Part shown: positions 51,601 to 64,000 of the stretch, one piece after another
Layout of the letters: the number at the start of each line of letters is the position of its first letter
Numbering within the stretch: position 1 is the stretch's first letter
Origin: Octopus vulgaris
Taxonomy: Eukaryota
Assembly: GCA_951406725.2 (NCBI GenBank)
Contig: OX597819.1
Coordinates: 131,502,001-131,566,000, forward strand
DNA length: 64,000 nt
Direction of reading: 5' to 3'
Program-made: the position numbers and the translations under genes
Notes under the pieces: model-generated
Seen by the model: only the letters and a program-made list of their open reading frames with translations
Databases searched by the model: none
What the model was told of the DNA's origin: nothing

Positions 51601-53260
51601 AACTGCCTAACACAGCTCCTGCATCACTTTGATGACATTTTCAGAGCTTTGGGAGAGGACTTGAGTAGTGATGTCATCCACCTTGATTTCCCCCTAGGCC
51701 TTTGACAGGGTTGATCATAAGATTCTCTTGAAAAAAACTATCCAACATTGGTGTCTTTGGAAAATTACTACAATGGATCAAGTGTTTCCTGACAAACAGA
51801 ACCTAACACATTATAGTCAAAGGATTAAAATTAAGCCCAGCCAAAGTCAGTAGTGGTGTTCTACAAGGCACTGTGTTGGGCCCACTCCTTTTCATCATCT
51901 ACATCAATGTAAACACCATCAAGCACAGTTACATAAGAATTGGATCTTTTCACTTTGACCGGCAGATTTTAAAAATAATTTCTTTGTAACTAAACACTTT
52001 TAAACTTCGTATACTGGTAGAATGTGTTTATAAAACATCTTTTTCTCTTGGCTTTCTTGAGAAAATTCTGTAGTTTGTAAGCTATTTGTTGTTCAATTTC
52101 TTGCATTTCGGCAATTTCAACCAATCAATGACGTCTATTGAGGTGAATACATTTTCTGCCGTAGTTTGTCAACAACATTTTCTGGTGGTGTCATATCAAA
52201 TTGTATTCACCTCAATAGACGTCATTGATTGGTTGAAATTGCCGAAATGCAAGAAATTAAACAACAAATAGCTTACAAACTACAGAATTTTCTCAAGAAA
52301 GCCAAGAGAAAAAGATGTTACAAAGTTTAAAAGTGTTTAGTTACAAAGAAATTATTTTAAAAATCTGCCGGTCAAAGTGAAAAGATCCTAAGAATTTTTG
52401 CAGATGATTCCAAGATCCAGAAGGTCATCAAGGAAGTGAGTGACTGGACGTGCCTTCCATCAGATCTAATGGCTGTCGTCCAATGGGCAGAAAAGAATAA
52501 TATGCTGCTGAATGAGGACAAGCTTGAGTTAATCCACTTCGGAAAAGAGGATACCCAGAAACTCCCATACTCCCTTCCTTCAGGTGAAACTCTCATGGCA
52601 TCCAACAACATCAGAGACTTGGGAGTAATTATGGACAACAACATAAGCTGGGTCGCTCATATAAACAGTAAAGTTGACATGCCTACAGAATACGTTCATG
52701 GATTCTCAGAACTTTCCAGTCGAGAGATATCCACACCATTATCCTTCTCTTCTCCACTTTTGTCCGACCCCCACCTTGACTATTGTTGTCCAGTGTGGTC
52801 TCCCCACATGAAACAAAGTATCATGAAAGTTGAGGCAGTTCAGGGGTCAATTACAAGAAAAGATAGATGGCATGACAGGCCTTGACTTTTGGGAGTCAAC
52901 TAGAAAAGCTCAAGCTTTATTCTTTCCAACACCGCCGTGAGCGCTTCATAATCTGCATGATGTGGAAAATATTCCATCAGCATTGCTCAAATGATGTTGG
53001 CATTGCCTTTAAGACACACCCAAGACATAAATCATACTCGCATCACATAACAACAATACAGCACAATTATTTCACCACAATTGGCTCCACTCTCTTTAAC
53101 ATTACACCAAAACACATTAAAGTAGAAATATACACCATAAAGTCCAAGAAGTCTTTAGACAAATTCCTTCAAGAAATCCTGGATAAACCTCCTACACCTG
53201 GATATGTCTCTGTAAGACTTTCTCTTCGAATGGGCCATATTGTCCGATTCCTGATTTGAA
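51600..53260 (+). pseudogene. decayed CR1-group LINE reverse transcriptase, interrupted by a TIR element
   Basis: AFDRVDHKILL, GVLQGTVLGPLLFIIYIN, FADDSK, RDLGVIMD and HLDYCCPVWSP motifs. Confidence 0.88.
51942..52388. mobile_element. foldback/MITE DNA transposon with TIRs of about 190-210 bp and 8-bp TSD TAAGAATT
   Basis: Starts GGATCTTTTCACTTTGACC and ends GGTCAAAGTGAAAAGATCC. TSD at 51934-51941 and 52389-52396. Confidence 0.93.
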
Positions 53261-53657
53261 TGACTTTGGCATTAGGAAGGGCATCCAGCTGTAGAAATTC
53301 TGCCAGCTTAGAATGGAGCCTGGTGCAGCCATCTGGTTCACCAGTCCTCAGTCAAACCGTACAACCCATACCAGCATGGGAAGTGGACGTTAAACAATGA
53401 TGATGATGACACAATGGCAACGGGAAACTCAGAGTAACAGGTTTTGTTGAATTTTCTGCTGCTTTAAATAAAGCATATTACTCTACCACTGGTATCTGAG
53501 TACTCTTTTTTCTACCTTGTTTCACATTTATGTATTTACTCCGGTATATATATATATATATATATATTTTTATGCATACACACACATAAACAAATATATA
53601 CATACACACACATACATAGATATATACATATACATACATAAATATATATATATATAT

Positions 53658-53901
53658 CGGTGGCACGTAAAATACACCAATCCGACCGTGGCCGTTGCCA
53701 GCCTCGCCTGACACCTGTGCAGGTGGCACGTAAAAAGCACCCACTACACTCACGGAGTGGTTGGCATTAGGAAGGGCATCCAGCTGTAGAAACATTGCCA
53801 GATAAGACTGGAGCCTGGTGTAGCCTTCTGGCTTCCCAGATCCCCGGTCGAACCGTCCAACCCATGCTAGCATGGAGAACGGACGTTAAATGATGATGAT
53901 G

Positions 53902-53902
<1 letters not shown>
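53658..53902 (+). mobile_element. RTE 3' UTR fragment inserted in (TA)n
   Basis: Family consensus flanked on both sides by (TA)n. Confidence 0.85.
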
Positions 53903-53936
<34 letters not shown>

Positions 53937-54122
53937 TGTTGGTATTAGGAAGGGCATCCAGCTGTAAAAATCCTGCCAAAAGAGTCACAGAAGTCTGGTG
54001 CAGGTTTTGGCCTGGTCGGCTCTTGTGATACTGTCCCACCTATGGAACATGGACATTAAATGACGACGTACATCATCATTGTTTAATGTCTGCCTTCCAT
54101 GCTGGCATGGCTGTGCATAATA

Positions 54123-55171
54123 TCATATCATTAAGAATGAAACGTCTGATTTTTTTATGTACTAATTTTGACAGTCATTAACTCTAATGTTTTATCCTGA
54201 CAATTCTTTGTTCTACAACATTGAAGAATTACCTCATCACTTTTCAAAATGCAATTCATGGTGTCTGATTATATTGTGATTTTCCTCTTATAAATCAACT
54301 TTTGTGAACCCATGGATAGATCAAAAAATTTGTGTTGTTTATGAATATGAGTTCCATTGTGGAACCAATGCATCCCAGACAGTTCGAAACATCAATAAGG
54401 TGTTTGGTGAAGATGTGGCAAATGAGTGCACTGTACATCGATGGTTTGAGAGGTTTGGGTCTGGCGACTTTACTCTTGAAACTCAGCCCCATGGTAGACC
54501 TCCGACCAAGGTGGATAATGATGAGCTAGAAACTGTAGTGGCAGGGGATACATCTCACACTACCCATAAGTTAGCAGCAAGGTTTGATGTTTCGATTCCA
54601 ACTGTATTGGGCCAACTGAAACAAATCAGCAAAGTAAAGAAGCTGGACAAGATGGGTACCACACGAACTGAACGAACATCAATTGGTTCGTTGTCTTGAA
54701 ACTTGCTGTTCTTTGCTGTCATGGCATAAAAGCGAACCATTTTTGCATAGTATTGTTATGCATGATGAAAAATGGATTCTATTCAACAATAGCAAGTGTT
54801 CTGCACAGTGGTTGGATAGAGACAAAGTGCCAAAGCACAATCCGAAAAAGACTATTGGAATTATTCTGTCATCCACCATATTCACCAGACCTTGCACCAA
54901 CTGACTATCACGTTTTCCAGGCATTAGACAAACTTTTGCAAGATAAAATCTTCAAATCTGAAGAAGATGCAAAAACAGCCTTTCGTGATTTCATCTCCTT
55001 TTGCTCCCCAGAATCCTTCGCTGCTGCCAGCATAAATAAGCTGCCAATAAAATGGCAAAATTGTGTTCATATTTTAGGTGCATACTTTGATTAGCTGCAT
55101 TGCTTTTTGTTGAGATAAAGTAAAAATAAACTTTCAGTTCAAAATTGGACAATTCATTCTTAATGACCTGA
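54123..55171 (+). mobile_element. internally deleted mariner (DD34D) transposon
   Basis: Imperfect TIRs tcatatcattaagaatgaa / ttcattcttaatgacctga with TA flanks; HTH region WFERFGSGDF, DEKWI and HPPYSPDLAPTDYHVF; frameshifts and loss of the middle catalytic segment. Confidence 0.92.
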
Positions 55172-55344
55172 TACATACATACGCAATGGCCTGATACATA
55201 TGTACATACATATATATATACATACATACATACATATATACATACATATATAAAGGGAAAGTTTACGAAAATAAACAAAAGACGAAGGCAGGTGGAGTAC
55301 AAACAAACAAATGTATTAGTATAGCGCTCAGGAATAGAAAACGT

Positions 55345-55380
55345 CTTTTACATTTCAAGCCTACGCTCTTCTACAGAAAG
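55345..55380 (-). ncRNA. degenerate minimal hammerhead-like motif in a probable Penelope-type remnant (about 55252-55440)
   Basis: Minus strand reads cttt-CTGTAGA-a-gagc gtag gctt-GAAATGTA-aaag, with stem I cttt/aaag and stem II gagc/gctt. Lies next to a (TA)/(TACA) microsatellite. Confidence 0.4.
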
Positions 55381-55798
55381 ATACACAGAAAAAAAGGAGA
55401 GAAAAAAAATGCGTGTAGGACCTAACGATCTATCATGGCATGCATACATGCATGCATACATACATACATACATGCATGCATACATACATACATACATGCA
55501 TACATAGTAGAAGAATAAAAAGAAAGTTCTTGGTACAGTATTAGATATATTTGAAAAAAATGAGTAGAGATGGGGGTTTTTGGTAGGGTGGGGGATAATT
55601 TTAATTTTAATCTTAATAATAAAGTTTACAAATTAATTAGTCTGGTATGAGTTGTGAGCTTCAAGGAACCGTTTTCAGACTGGAAAATGTATTGTTTTTA
55701 CTGGTTGCTTAAATAGCAAAAGATTTTTTTTCTTACAAGTATAGGTACAAAAAAAACATGCACAAAAAAGGGGGAAAATATATAAAAAACTATATATA

Positions 55799-56988
55799 GC
55801 GCAGGAGTGGCTGTGTGGTAAGTAGCTTGCTAACCAACCACATGGTTCCGGGTTCATTCCCACTGCGTGGCACCTTGGGCGAGTGTCTTCTGCTATAGCC
55901 CCGGGCCGACCAAAGCCTTGTGAGTGGATTTGGTAGATGGAAACTGAAAGAAGCCCGTCGTATATATGTATATATATATGAAGATAGTTGTGTGAAAAAG
56001 TGCCACACCCTAGCGGTTGAGGGAACCTGTGGAAGAGGCAGACCCAGGAAAACCTGGGACGAGGTGGTGAAGCACGACCATCGAACTTTAGGTCTCACTG
56101 AGGAAATGACTAGAGACCGAGACCTCTGGAAGTGTGCTGTGCGCAAGAAGACCCGGCAGGACAAGTGAGTCCATAACCCGTGGCCTTCTACATGGGATGG
56201 AGCCGGCCTACGTATGCATACCTTCCCTTCTTGGGACACAAAACTCTACTTGTGAAGACGTGTTGAGGCAAGTGAGGATCAGAATCGAAATCGATCAATG
56301 GAAATTGCGGATGTGCTACCAGTGCCGGTGGCATGTCAAAACTCTGCTTGTGAAGACCCGTTGAGGCAAGTGAGGATCAGAATCGAAATCGATCAATGGA
56401 AATTGCAGATGTGTTACCAGTGCCGGTGGCATGTAAGAGAACTTTCCGTTTCGCGACCGTTGCCAGCACCGCCCCGTTTCGTGTCCGTTGCCAGCCTCGC
56501 CTGGCCCTCGTGCCGGTGGCACATAAAAAGCACCATCCGTTCGTGGCCGTTTGCCAGCTCTGTCTGGCACCAGTGCGGGTGGCACGTAAAAAGCACCCAC
56601 TACACTCACGGAGTGGTTGGCGTTAGGAAGGGCATCCAGCCGTAGAAACACTGCCAGATTTGACTGGGCCTGATGAAGCCTTCTGGCTTCACAGACCCCA
56701 GTAGAACCGTCCAACCCATGCTAGCATGGAAAACGGACGCTAAACGATGATGATGATATATATATATGTATGTGTGTGTGTGTGTCTGTGTATCTGTGTT
56801 TGTCCCCCTATCATTGCTTGACAAGCGATGCTGGTGTGTTTACGTCCCCGTCACTTAGCGGTTCGGCAAAAGAGACCGATAGAATAAGTACTGGGCTTAC
56901 AAAGAATAAGTCCTGGGGTCGATTTGCTCGACTAAAGGCGGTGCTCCAGCATGGCCGCAGTCAAATGACTGAAACAAGTAAAAGAGTA
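55799..56988 (+). mobile_element. SINE family A split at its internal microsatellite by an RTE insertion
   Basis: Head 55799-55975 and tail 56760-56988 together are colinear with 62853-63245. Confidence 0.88.
55978..56757 (+). mobile_element. 5'-truncated RTE LINE: ORF end plus complete 3' UTR
   Basis: EGTCGRGRPRKTWDEVVK.D...RDLW, stop at 56168, UTR with tandem units, ccatgctagcatgg and (tga)n. Confidence 0.92.
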
Positions 56989-57010
56989 TATAATATGCCA
57001 AAGCATGTGT

Positions 57011-57097
57011 GAAGAAGAAGAAGAAGAAGAAGAAGAAGAAGAAGAAGAAGAAGAAGAAGAAGAAGAAGAAGAAGGAGGAGGAGCAGGAGGAGGAGGA
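57011..57097. repeat. (GAA)n(GGA)n microsatellite
   Basis: Direct reading. Confidence 0.95.
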
Positions 57098-57670
57098 AAA
57101 AAGTAAATGAAATCAAGAAAAAATACAGATAAAGGTAAGACCAACGGCAATTGAGAAGAGAGAGTGGAAGGAGAGTTATGTCCATCAAGAATAAGGAAAT
57201 GGAATATTTTGGAGTGGTCAGTCTTGTGTTCTTGTCAAAATATGACCAGTGTGGTGCCCATTGATTTCAGGTCACTTATTCAATTCTCAAACATGGTATA
57301 GTCTACATATATACATACACACACACACACGTGTGTACATATACACACACTAATATACTTACATGCCTCTTAACCATTATACATTTGCATGTACACACAT
57401 ATATGTGCATATATACACACTGATACAGACATACATACATACACATACACAGATACATACATATCCATATTACACATAGATATATGCACACATATATACA
57501 TATATATATACACAAACACAAACATGTGTGTGTATATATATATACACAGCTTCACAGACCCCAGTTGAACCGTCCAACCCATGCTAGCATGGAAAGCGGA
57601 CGCTAAATGATGATGATGATGATGATATATATATATACACGCACATACATATACATATTTGCACACATAA

Positions 57671-57705
<35 letters not shown>

Positions 57706-57769
57706 TACACACATAAACATATATACATACACACATACATCTGTTCATATGCATACACACACACGCATA

Positions 57770-59040
57770 TCATCATCCTTTAATGTCCATTGTCCATCCT
57801 GGCATGGGTTGGGTGGTTTGACTGGGCTGACACACTGGAGGGCTGCACCAGGCTCCAGTCTGATTTGGCCTGGTTTTCTACAGCTGGATGCCCTTCCTAA
57901 TGCCAACCAATAGGAAAGTGAAATGGGTGCTTTTTATGTGCCACTGACACAGGTGACATTTGCGCAACACTGAGATATTTATGTGTCACTTGCACAGGTG
58001 CCAATTTGCGAGAGAATGGTATCAGTCACGACTGCGATTTTACTTGGCTTGATGGGTCTTCTTCTCAAGCACAACACAATGCCAAAGGTCTCGGTCATTG
58101 CCCCTGTGAGGCCCAACACTCAAAAGGAACATAACCACTTTGTCTCCATGAGGCCCAGACCTCAAATGATGTTCTTTACATGTCACCAGCACAGGTACCA
58201 ATGCCACAACTGTGATTTCACTTTGCTTGATGGGTCCTCTCAAACACAGCACATTGCCAAAGGTCTTAGTCCCTAGTCATTGGCTCTGTAAGGGTCAAAT
58301 TTCAAATGTCTTCCTGGCTCTACCTCTACTACAGGTTCCCTTCACAGTTAGTGATCCACACTTCTTTACACAGTTGTCCTTGTCCATATGCATCACATGA
58401 CCATACCAGTGTAGTTGTCTCTCTTGTTCATCACATCTAATGCCTCTTATGCCTACCGTTCCTGTCAAAATACTTACACTCTGTTGAACATGCACATTGA
58501 CATTGTACATCCAGCGAAGCATACTGCCTTCATTTCTTTCTAGCCTACGCATGTCCTCAGCTGTCACATCCCATGTTTCACTGACATGCAGCATAGCTGT
58601 TTGCACACACACATCAAATAATTTGCCTTTAACTCTGAGAAAGAGGCCCTTTGTTGCCAGCAGGAGTAGAAGCTCTCTGAACGTTGCCCAGTCTAATCTT
58701 ATTCTCACAGCTTTGCTCTTGGAGCATCCACCTCCACTACGAACTTGGTCACCTAGATAACGGAAACTATCTACTACCTCAAGCATGCCCTGCTGGCAGT
58801 TGATGGAGTCTATTCCCTGTTTATATTTTCGGTATTTATTGTACCTGTGCCTCTTCTACATACCAAAGCTAGTTTCCATGTTAACCTTCCTTTGATATTG
58901 CTGTACGTTTTTATGTGTCCAAAGCTTACATCGGGTGCATCTTATGAAGTTCCTACCTACACCTTTGCTACAGATCAAGCAGGGCCATCTACCTGAAGGG
59001 ATTTGTGATTTGTCTGCCTTTCTACTTACTAAGACTTTGG
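57770..59040 (-). mobile_element. 5'-truncated RTE LINE
   Basis: EVVDSFRYLGD...LHWYGHVMHMD...RGRARKT, an upstream Cys-rich segment, then UTR and tail. Confidence 0.9.
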
Positions 59041-59118
59041 TAGAATAAGGTGATCAGCACAGAAGAACCGTCCAACCCATGCTAGCATGGAAAGCGGACG
59101 TTAAATGATGATGATAGA

Positions 59119-59790
59119 TCATCATCATCATTGCTTAATATCTGCTTTCCATGCTGGCATGGGTTGGATGGTTTAACTGAGGACTGGCAAACCAGATGGC
59201 TATACCAGGCCCCGATCTGATCTGGCAGAGTTTCTACAGCTGGATGCCCTTCCCAACACCAACCACTCTGAGAGTGTAGTGGGTGCTTTTACGTGCCACC
59301 AGCATAGAAACCAGTCAGGCAGTACTGGCAACAGCCATGCTCAAATGGTGTATTTTATGTGCCACCTGCACAGGAGCCAATCCAGCAGCACTGGCAGCGA
59401 TCTCGCTCAAATGTTGTTAATCACGTGCCACCGGCACAAGTGTCAGTAAGGTGACACTGGTAACGATCATGCTCGAATGGTGCTTTTTACATACCACTGG
59501 CACGGGAGCAAGTCAGCAGCCCTGGCAATGATCATGCTTTGATGATGCTCTTAGCGCTCTACTGGCACAGGTGCCAGTCATGTGGTGCTGTCATTGGCCA
59601 CGTTAGAAAATTTGATTTCAATTTCGCTTGCCTCAGGAGGTCTTCGCAAGCAGGGTTTAGTGGCCAATGAAAGAAAGGTACACCTAAGTGGGCTGGTTAC
59701 CCAACTGGTATAGGCCACAGATTATGGTCTCACTTGGCTTGCTGGGTTTTCTCGAGCACAGAACATTTTCAAAGGTCTTGGTCACTAGTC
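59119..59790 (-). mobile_element. RTE 3' UTR with about five 66-bp units
   Basis: Colinear with 34252-35010. Confidence 0.85.
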
Positions 59791-59836
59791 AATATATACA
59801 TATATATATATACATACATATATATATATATATATA

Positions 59837-60358
59837 TCATCATCATCATCATCATCATCTAACGTCCGCTTTCCATGCTAGCATGGGTTGGACGGTTCAA
59901 CTGGGGTCTGGGGAGCCCGAAGGCTGCACCAGGCCAGTCAGATCTGGCAGTGTTTCTACAGCTGGATGCCCTTCCTAACGCCAACCACTCCGAGAGTGTA
60001 GTGGGTGATTTTATGTGCCACCGACACAGGTGCCAGACGAGGCTGGCAGACGGCCACGCTCGGATGGTGTTTTTATGTGCCACCGACACAGGTGCCAGAC
60101 AAGGCTAGCAGACGACCACGCTCGGATGGTGTTTTTTATGTGCCACCGACACAGGAGCCAGATGAGGCTGGCGATCGGCCACGATCGGATGGTGATTGTT
60201 ACATGCCCACAGCATGGAGGCCAGTCGGTGCGGCACTGGTTACGGCCACGTTCGGATGGTTTTCTCGTGTGCCACCGGCACTGGTACCACAAAGATACAA
60301 ACTCCATTGATGTTCATCTATTTTGATTTTGTTTGATTTTTTGATTTGATTTGATTCG

Positions 60359-60360
<2 letters not shown>
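59837..60360 (-). mobile_element. RTE 3' UTR fragment inserted in (TA)n
   Basis: Four to five units of about 64 bp; (TA)n on both flanks. Confidence 0.88.
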
Positions 60361-60407
<47 letters not shown>

Positions 60408-61249
60408 GCATGTAGGAGAAATTAAGATAATCACAAGTTTCTGTTAGATCATGAGTATGTCTCAGCACATATGGCTGCTTGAAAACTTGTATTGAATGTT
60501 CAAAGTGTATTTGGATGCTTAACAAGAATGGAGCATTGGGGAAAACTTTATACATACGCATCATTATCACCATTATTATAATTACCATTCAACGTCTGTG
60601 TTCTATGCTGGCATTGGTTGGACAGTTTGGCAGTTACTAGGCAAGCCAGAGAGCTGCACCAGGTTCCAGGGTCTGTTTTGGCATGGTTCTTAGAGCTGGA
60701 AACTCCTCCTGATACCAACCACTTTACAGAGTGGACTGGGTGGGGTGTTTTATGTGGCAGCAGCATCAGTGGTTCTTACATGGCACCAACAGGAGTGGAA
60801 TTGCCGAGTAACTCAAGAGAGATGAAGACCTCTGGAGTGGGGGTGGGGGCTGAAGGAGGTGGTTTTGTGCCAGTTGATAGATTAATAAACAGAGGGATAG
60901 AGATAGGGGTCTTACTATGGAGGAGATACTCGGGGTACCCCAGCAGGAATAGAAAGGTGGACAGAGAGAAAGATGAGACTGAGAGACAGAGAAATGGATG
61001 GTGGGAGAGTGGGAGGAGGAATATAAGTGATGTAGAGAGGGGGGGCAAGGGTCAGTTCCATAAGAGTGTGAGGGGAGATGGGAAAGGGGTGACTAGCAAG
61101 TGGTGGTGGTGAGGGAAACTGGAGTGGTTAGGAGGGGTGTATGGTAGATAAGTGAGGGTAGGGACGTGAGGGATAGTGGAGGGGCCTTCAGTGAGTGGTG
61201 GGATGGAGGTGGTGCTGAAGATGGGTTGTGGAGGGAGTTTTGAAAGAGG

Positions 61250-62060
61250 ACAGACTATAAAGGTAATAATCAAAAGTCCCGACAGACAGCCGCAGATGCC
61301 AACCCCATGCTCCCCTATCACATCACCCCTTATAGATGATGTATCACAACCTATGCATGCATTGAAATCACAAAGGAGAAGTTTATCATAGAGGGAACCA
61401 TTTCTCAATTGTCCACGTAACTCAGAGCAGAACCTCTCCCTCAGGCTTCTTCATTTGAGGTCATGGTTGGAGCAGAGCAGCTGAAAATAGTTGCATATCT
61501 ATTTTTACCAATACACAATGACATAAGTCTTTCGTTAATGCCAACAGAAATTTAACGAGTTTCACCAAGTCATCCCGAATAGTAAACCCAACCCCTGTTT
61601 CTCTCTTTACTTCTTGAACTTATTTTATTTCTTTATTGCCCACAAGGGGCTAAACATAGAGAGGACAAACAAGGACAGACAAAGGGATTAAGTCGATTAC
61701 ATTTACCCCAGTGCATAACTGGTACTTAATTTATCGACCCTGAATGGATGAAAGGCAAAGTCGACCTTGGCAGAATTTGAACTTAGAATGTAACGGCAGA
61801 CGAAATACCGATAAGCATTTTACCCGGTGTGCTAACGTTTCTGCCAGCTCGCCGCCTTAGAAGCTTATCTATCCAGAAAAAAGTATATCCACCATTGACC
61901 ACCTGCAGCTGACTGCAATCAGCTAGTCTAGTTTCTGAAAGAGCTGCTATTCCAATGTCTTTTTCCTTCAAGACACAGGCAACGAAAGCAGTCCCACAAT
62001 CTGTGATTTTTTGCTGCCCTGAAGAGTTTTCACATTCCAAGACACAATTAAAAAATTTTT
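61250..62060 (-). pseudogene. decayed RTE-type APE endonuclease, interrupted by a SINE
   Basis: IVSWNVKTL, IAALSETRL, GYTFFW, GVGF and CDFNACIG...GEHGVG motifs. Confidence 0.8.
61621..61858 (-). mobile_element. SINE family C, full length
   Basis: AAGGCGGCGAGCTGGCAGA head through to an aataaagaaataaaataa tail. Confidence 0.88.
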
Positions 62061-62852
62061 AATTTTTGATTCACTTAATGTTCTGGTGCAGTTTTGGGTA
62101 CCCCAGTCATTTACACCTAATGATAGGGAGCAATGCAAGTAAGCAATTTTTAGGTCACATTTTCTTGACCCTTTTCCATAGGAGGAAAGCAGTGCCATCT
62201 TAAAAAAAGGATTGATCTGTTGTGAATTACCCAATTATTCACAGATGTTGTGTAAGGCGGCCATCTACCTCTGACTACCTATGTGTGAACTTCCATTGAC
62301 ATCCTTCACCTGTTCCCATCGCTATCCATCATTGCCATAGGAATTGGGGAGGTACAATACATGGTGGTGGTATTTGCAGATGGTATTTTACTGAACCACC
62401 TGCACATGGTTTCTTTATGGTGGTCACTGTTTGTGCAGCACAATGCAGACTCCTCTCACCATCAAAAAAGCATTTGACTGTACTAGTGTATGGTGTGCCA
62501 CATGTCGGATGCCAAATTGATTGCAGATTTGAGATGAGAGGGAATTTCTGCTCGTCTAATAGCTCAAAAGCTACAGAGCCCAAACTGTCCAGACTGAGGA
62601 AGTAGATGCTGGTAGTGCACACCAACTAAGAGCACCATCAGCAACCACAGACCTGATTTCATATCAGTTTTCCTTCTCCCAGATGGGAGTCCCATCTGCC
62701 CCATACAGTAACACACACACAGACATACATGGGTTGCCCTCATCATGGCTAAGGAGTCTTACTGCCCTATACATATATATAAATACATAAAAAATGTAAA
62801 AAGATATAAAGTTTAGAAATATAAATAAGATAAGATACATAAAAACAATATA

Positions 62853-63245
62853 GGCGCAGGAGTGGCTGTGTGGTAAGTAGCTTGCTAACCAACCACATGG
62901 TTCCGGGTTCAGTCCCACTGCGTGGCACCTTGGGGGCAAGTGTCTTCTACTATAACCTCAGGCCGACCAAAGCCTTGTGAGTGGATTTGGTAGACGGAAA
63001 CTGAAAGAAGCCTGTCATATATATGTATGTATATGTATATAATGTGTGTGTGTGTGTGTGTGCATCTGTGTTTGTCACTTGACAACCGATGCTGGTGTGT
63101 TTACGTCCCCGTAACTTAGCGGTTCGGCAAAAGAGACCGATAGAATAAGTACTGGGCTTATAAAGAATAAGTCCCGGGGTCGATTTGTTCGACTAAAGGC
63201 GGTGTTCCAGCATGGCCGCAGTCAAATGACTGAAACAAGTAAAAA
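62853..63245 (+). mobile_element. tRNA-derived SINE family A, full length
   Basis: A box TGGCTGTGTGG, B box GGTTCAGTCC, CORE-like segment, internal (TA)/(TG), A-rich tail. Confidence 0.9.
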
Positions 63246-63801
63246 AATAAATAAAAAATAAATAAATAAATAAAAAAATATATATACTAATGCACACACA
63301 CACACATAGTTGGCCCCTCATGAATTCCTCTGCCCTTTGATGGGTTTCATTTTTTGTCCAACCTTCCACACGAAGCAAGCTCGACAGGGTTACCAGTTTA
63401 GAGGCCGCCACCAATTGATATGCTATGGAAGTTCACAGTCTGTTGCTGCCTTGTTGACCAATGTTATCCAGGGAACATTTTAAAAAGTGAGGGTGCATGG
63501 CCTGTTGGTTAGTCTGCTGCACTCATGGTCACCAGATCCTGGGCTCAATCTCCAGACTGGTCGGCCTGTTAGTGTTCTCAAGCAAAACACTTCCTTTCAC
63601 ATTGCTTCAGTCCAATCAGCTGCAAATGGACACAAGGGTGGGACTCAGGAAAATCACCAAATGTAGGTCCCATGATCCATATTCTGTATTGAGTGATACA
63701 AAAGATGAACAGTACAACTCATACTACAAATCCCAAGTTGTTGGAATTGGTCATTCGACCAGGTTGACCATTTTTTTTTTTACAATCTTTACAATAGTCT
63801 T

Positions 63802-64000
63802 TTCTACTCAAGGCACAAGGCCCAAAATTTTGGGGGAGGGAGCCAGTCGATTAGATTGACCCCCCAGTACACAACTGGTACTTAATTTATCGACCCTGAA
63901 AGGATGAAAGGCAAAGTCGACCTCGGTGGAATTTGAATTCAGAGTGTAAAGACAGATGAAATACCTGTAAGTATTTCACCTGGCATGCTAATGATTCTGC
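63802..64000 (-). mobile_element. SINE family C, truncated by the window end
   Basis: Family consensus. Confidence 0.8.

Noticed and set aside
59280-59600. CRISPR-like array of palindromic repeats (ggtgctttttacgtgccaccggcac)
   Set aside because: The intervening segments are homologous to each other, the array is part of an RTE 3' UTR, the context is eukaryotic, and there are no cas genes.

Overview
AT-rich, microsatellite- and SINE-dense animal genomic DNA. The repeat families look like those of octopus (coleoid cephalopod); this is an inference. Two genes are recognisable. The first is the last three coding exons of PDCD6IP/ALIX (proline-rich tail, + strand, 2553-8044). The second is an uninterrupted HEXIM CDS (- strand, 47020-47796) in a SINE-poor island. 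The rest is mostly transposon debris: three tRNA-headed SINE families, many 5'-truncated RTE LINE copies with a modular hairpin-repeat 3' UTR and (TGA)n tail, CR1-like and R4/Dong-like LINE ends, mariner and maT/Tc1-like relics, several foldback/MITE elements, and minisatellites. The most notable signal is a head-to-head pair of tRNA-headed short elements that each carry a Penelope-type minimal hammerhead ribozyme motif (1835-2265). Other notable signals are a long-TIR element with an 8-bp TSD inserted immediately before a LINE FADD motif, an unusual density of long hairpins, a recurrent 14-bp promoter-like motif, and orphan candidate exons, including a possible Spaetzle-like cystine knot.
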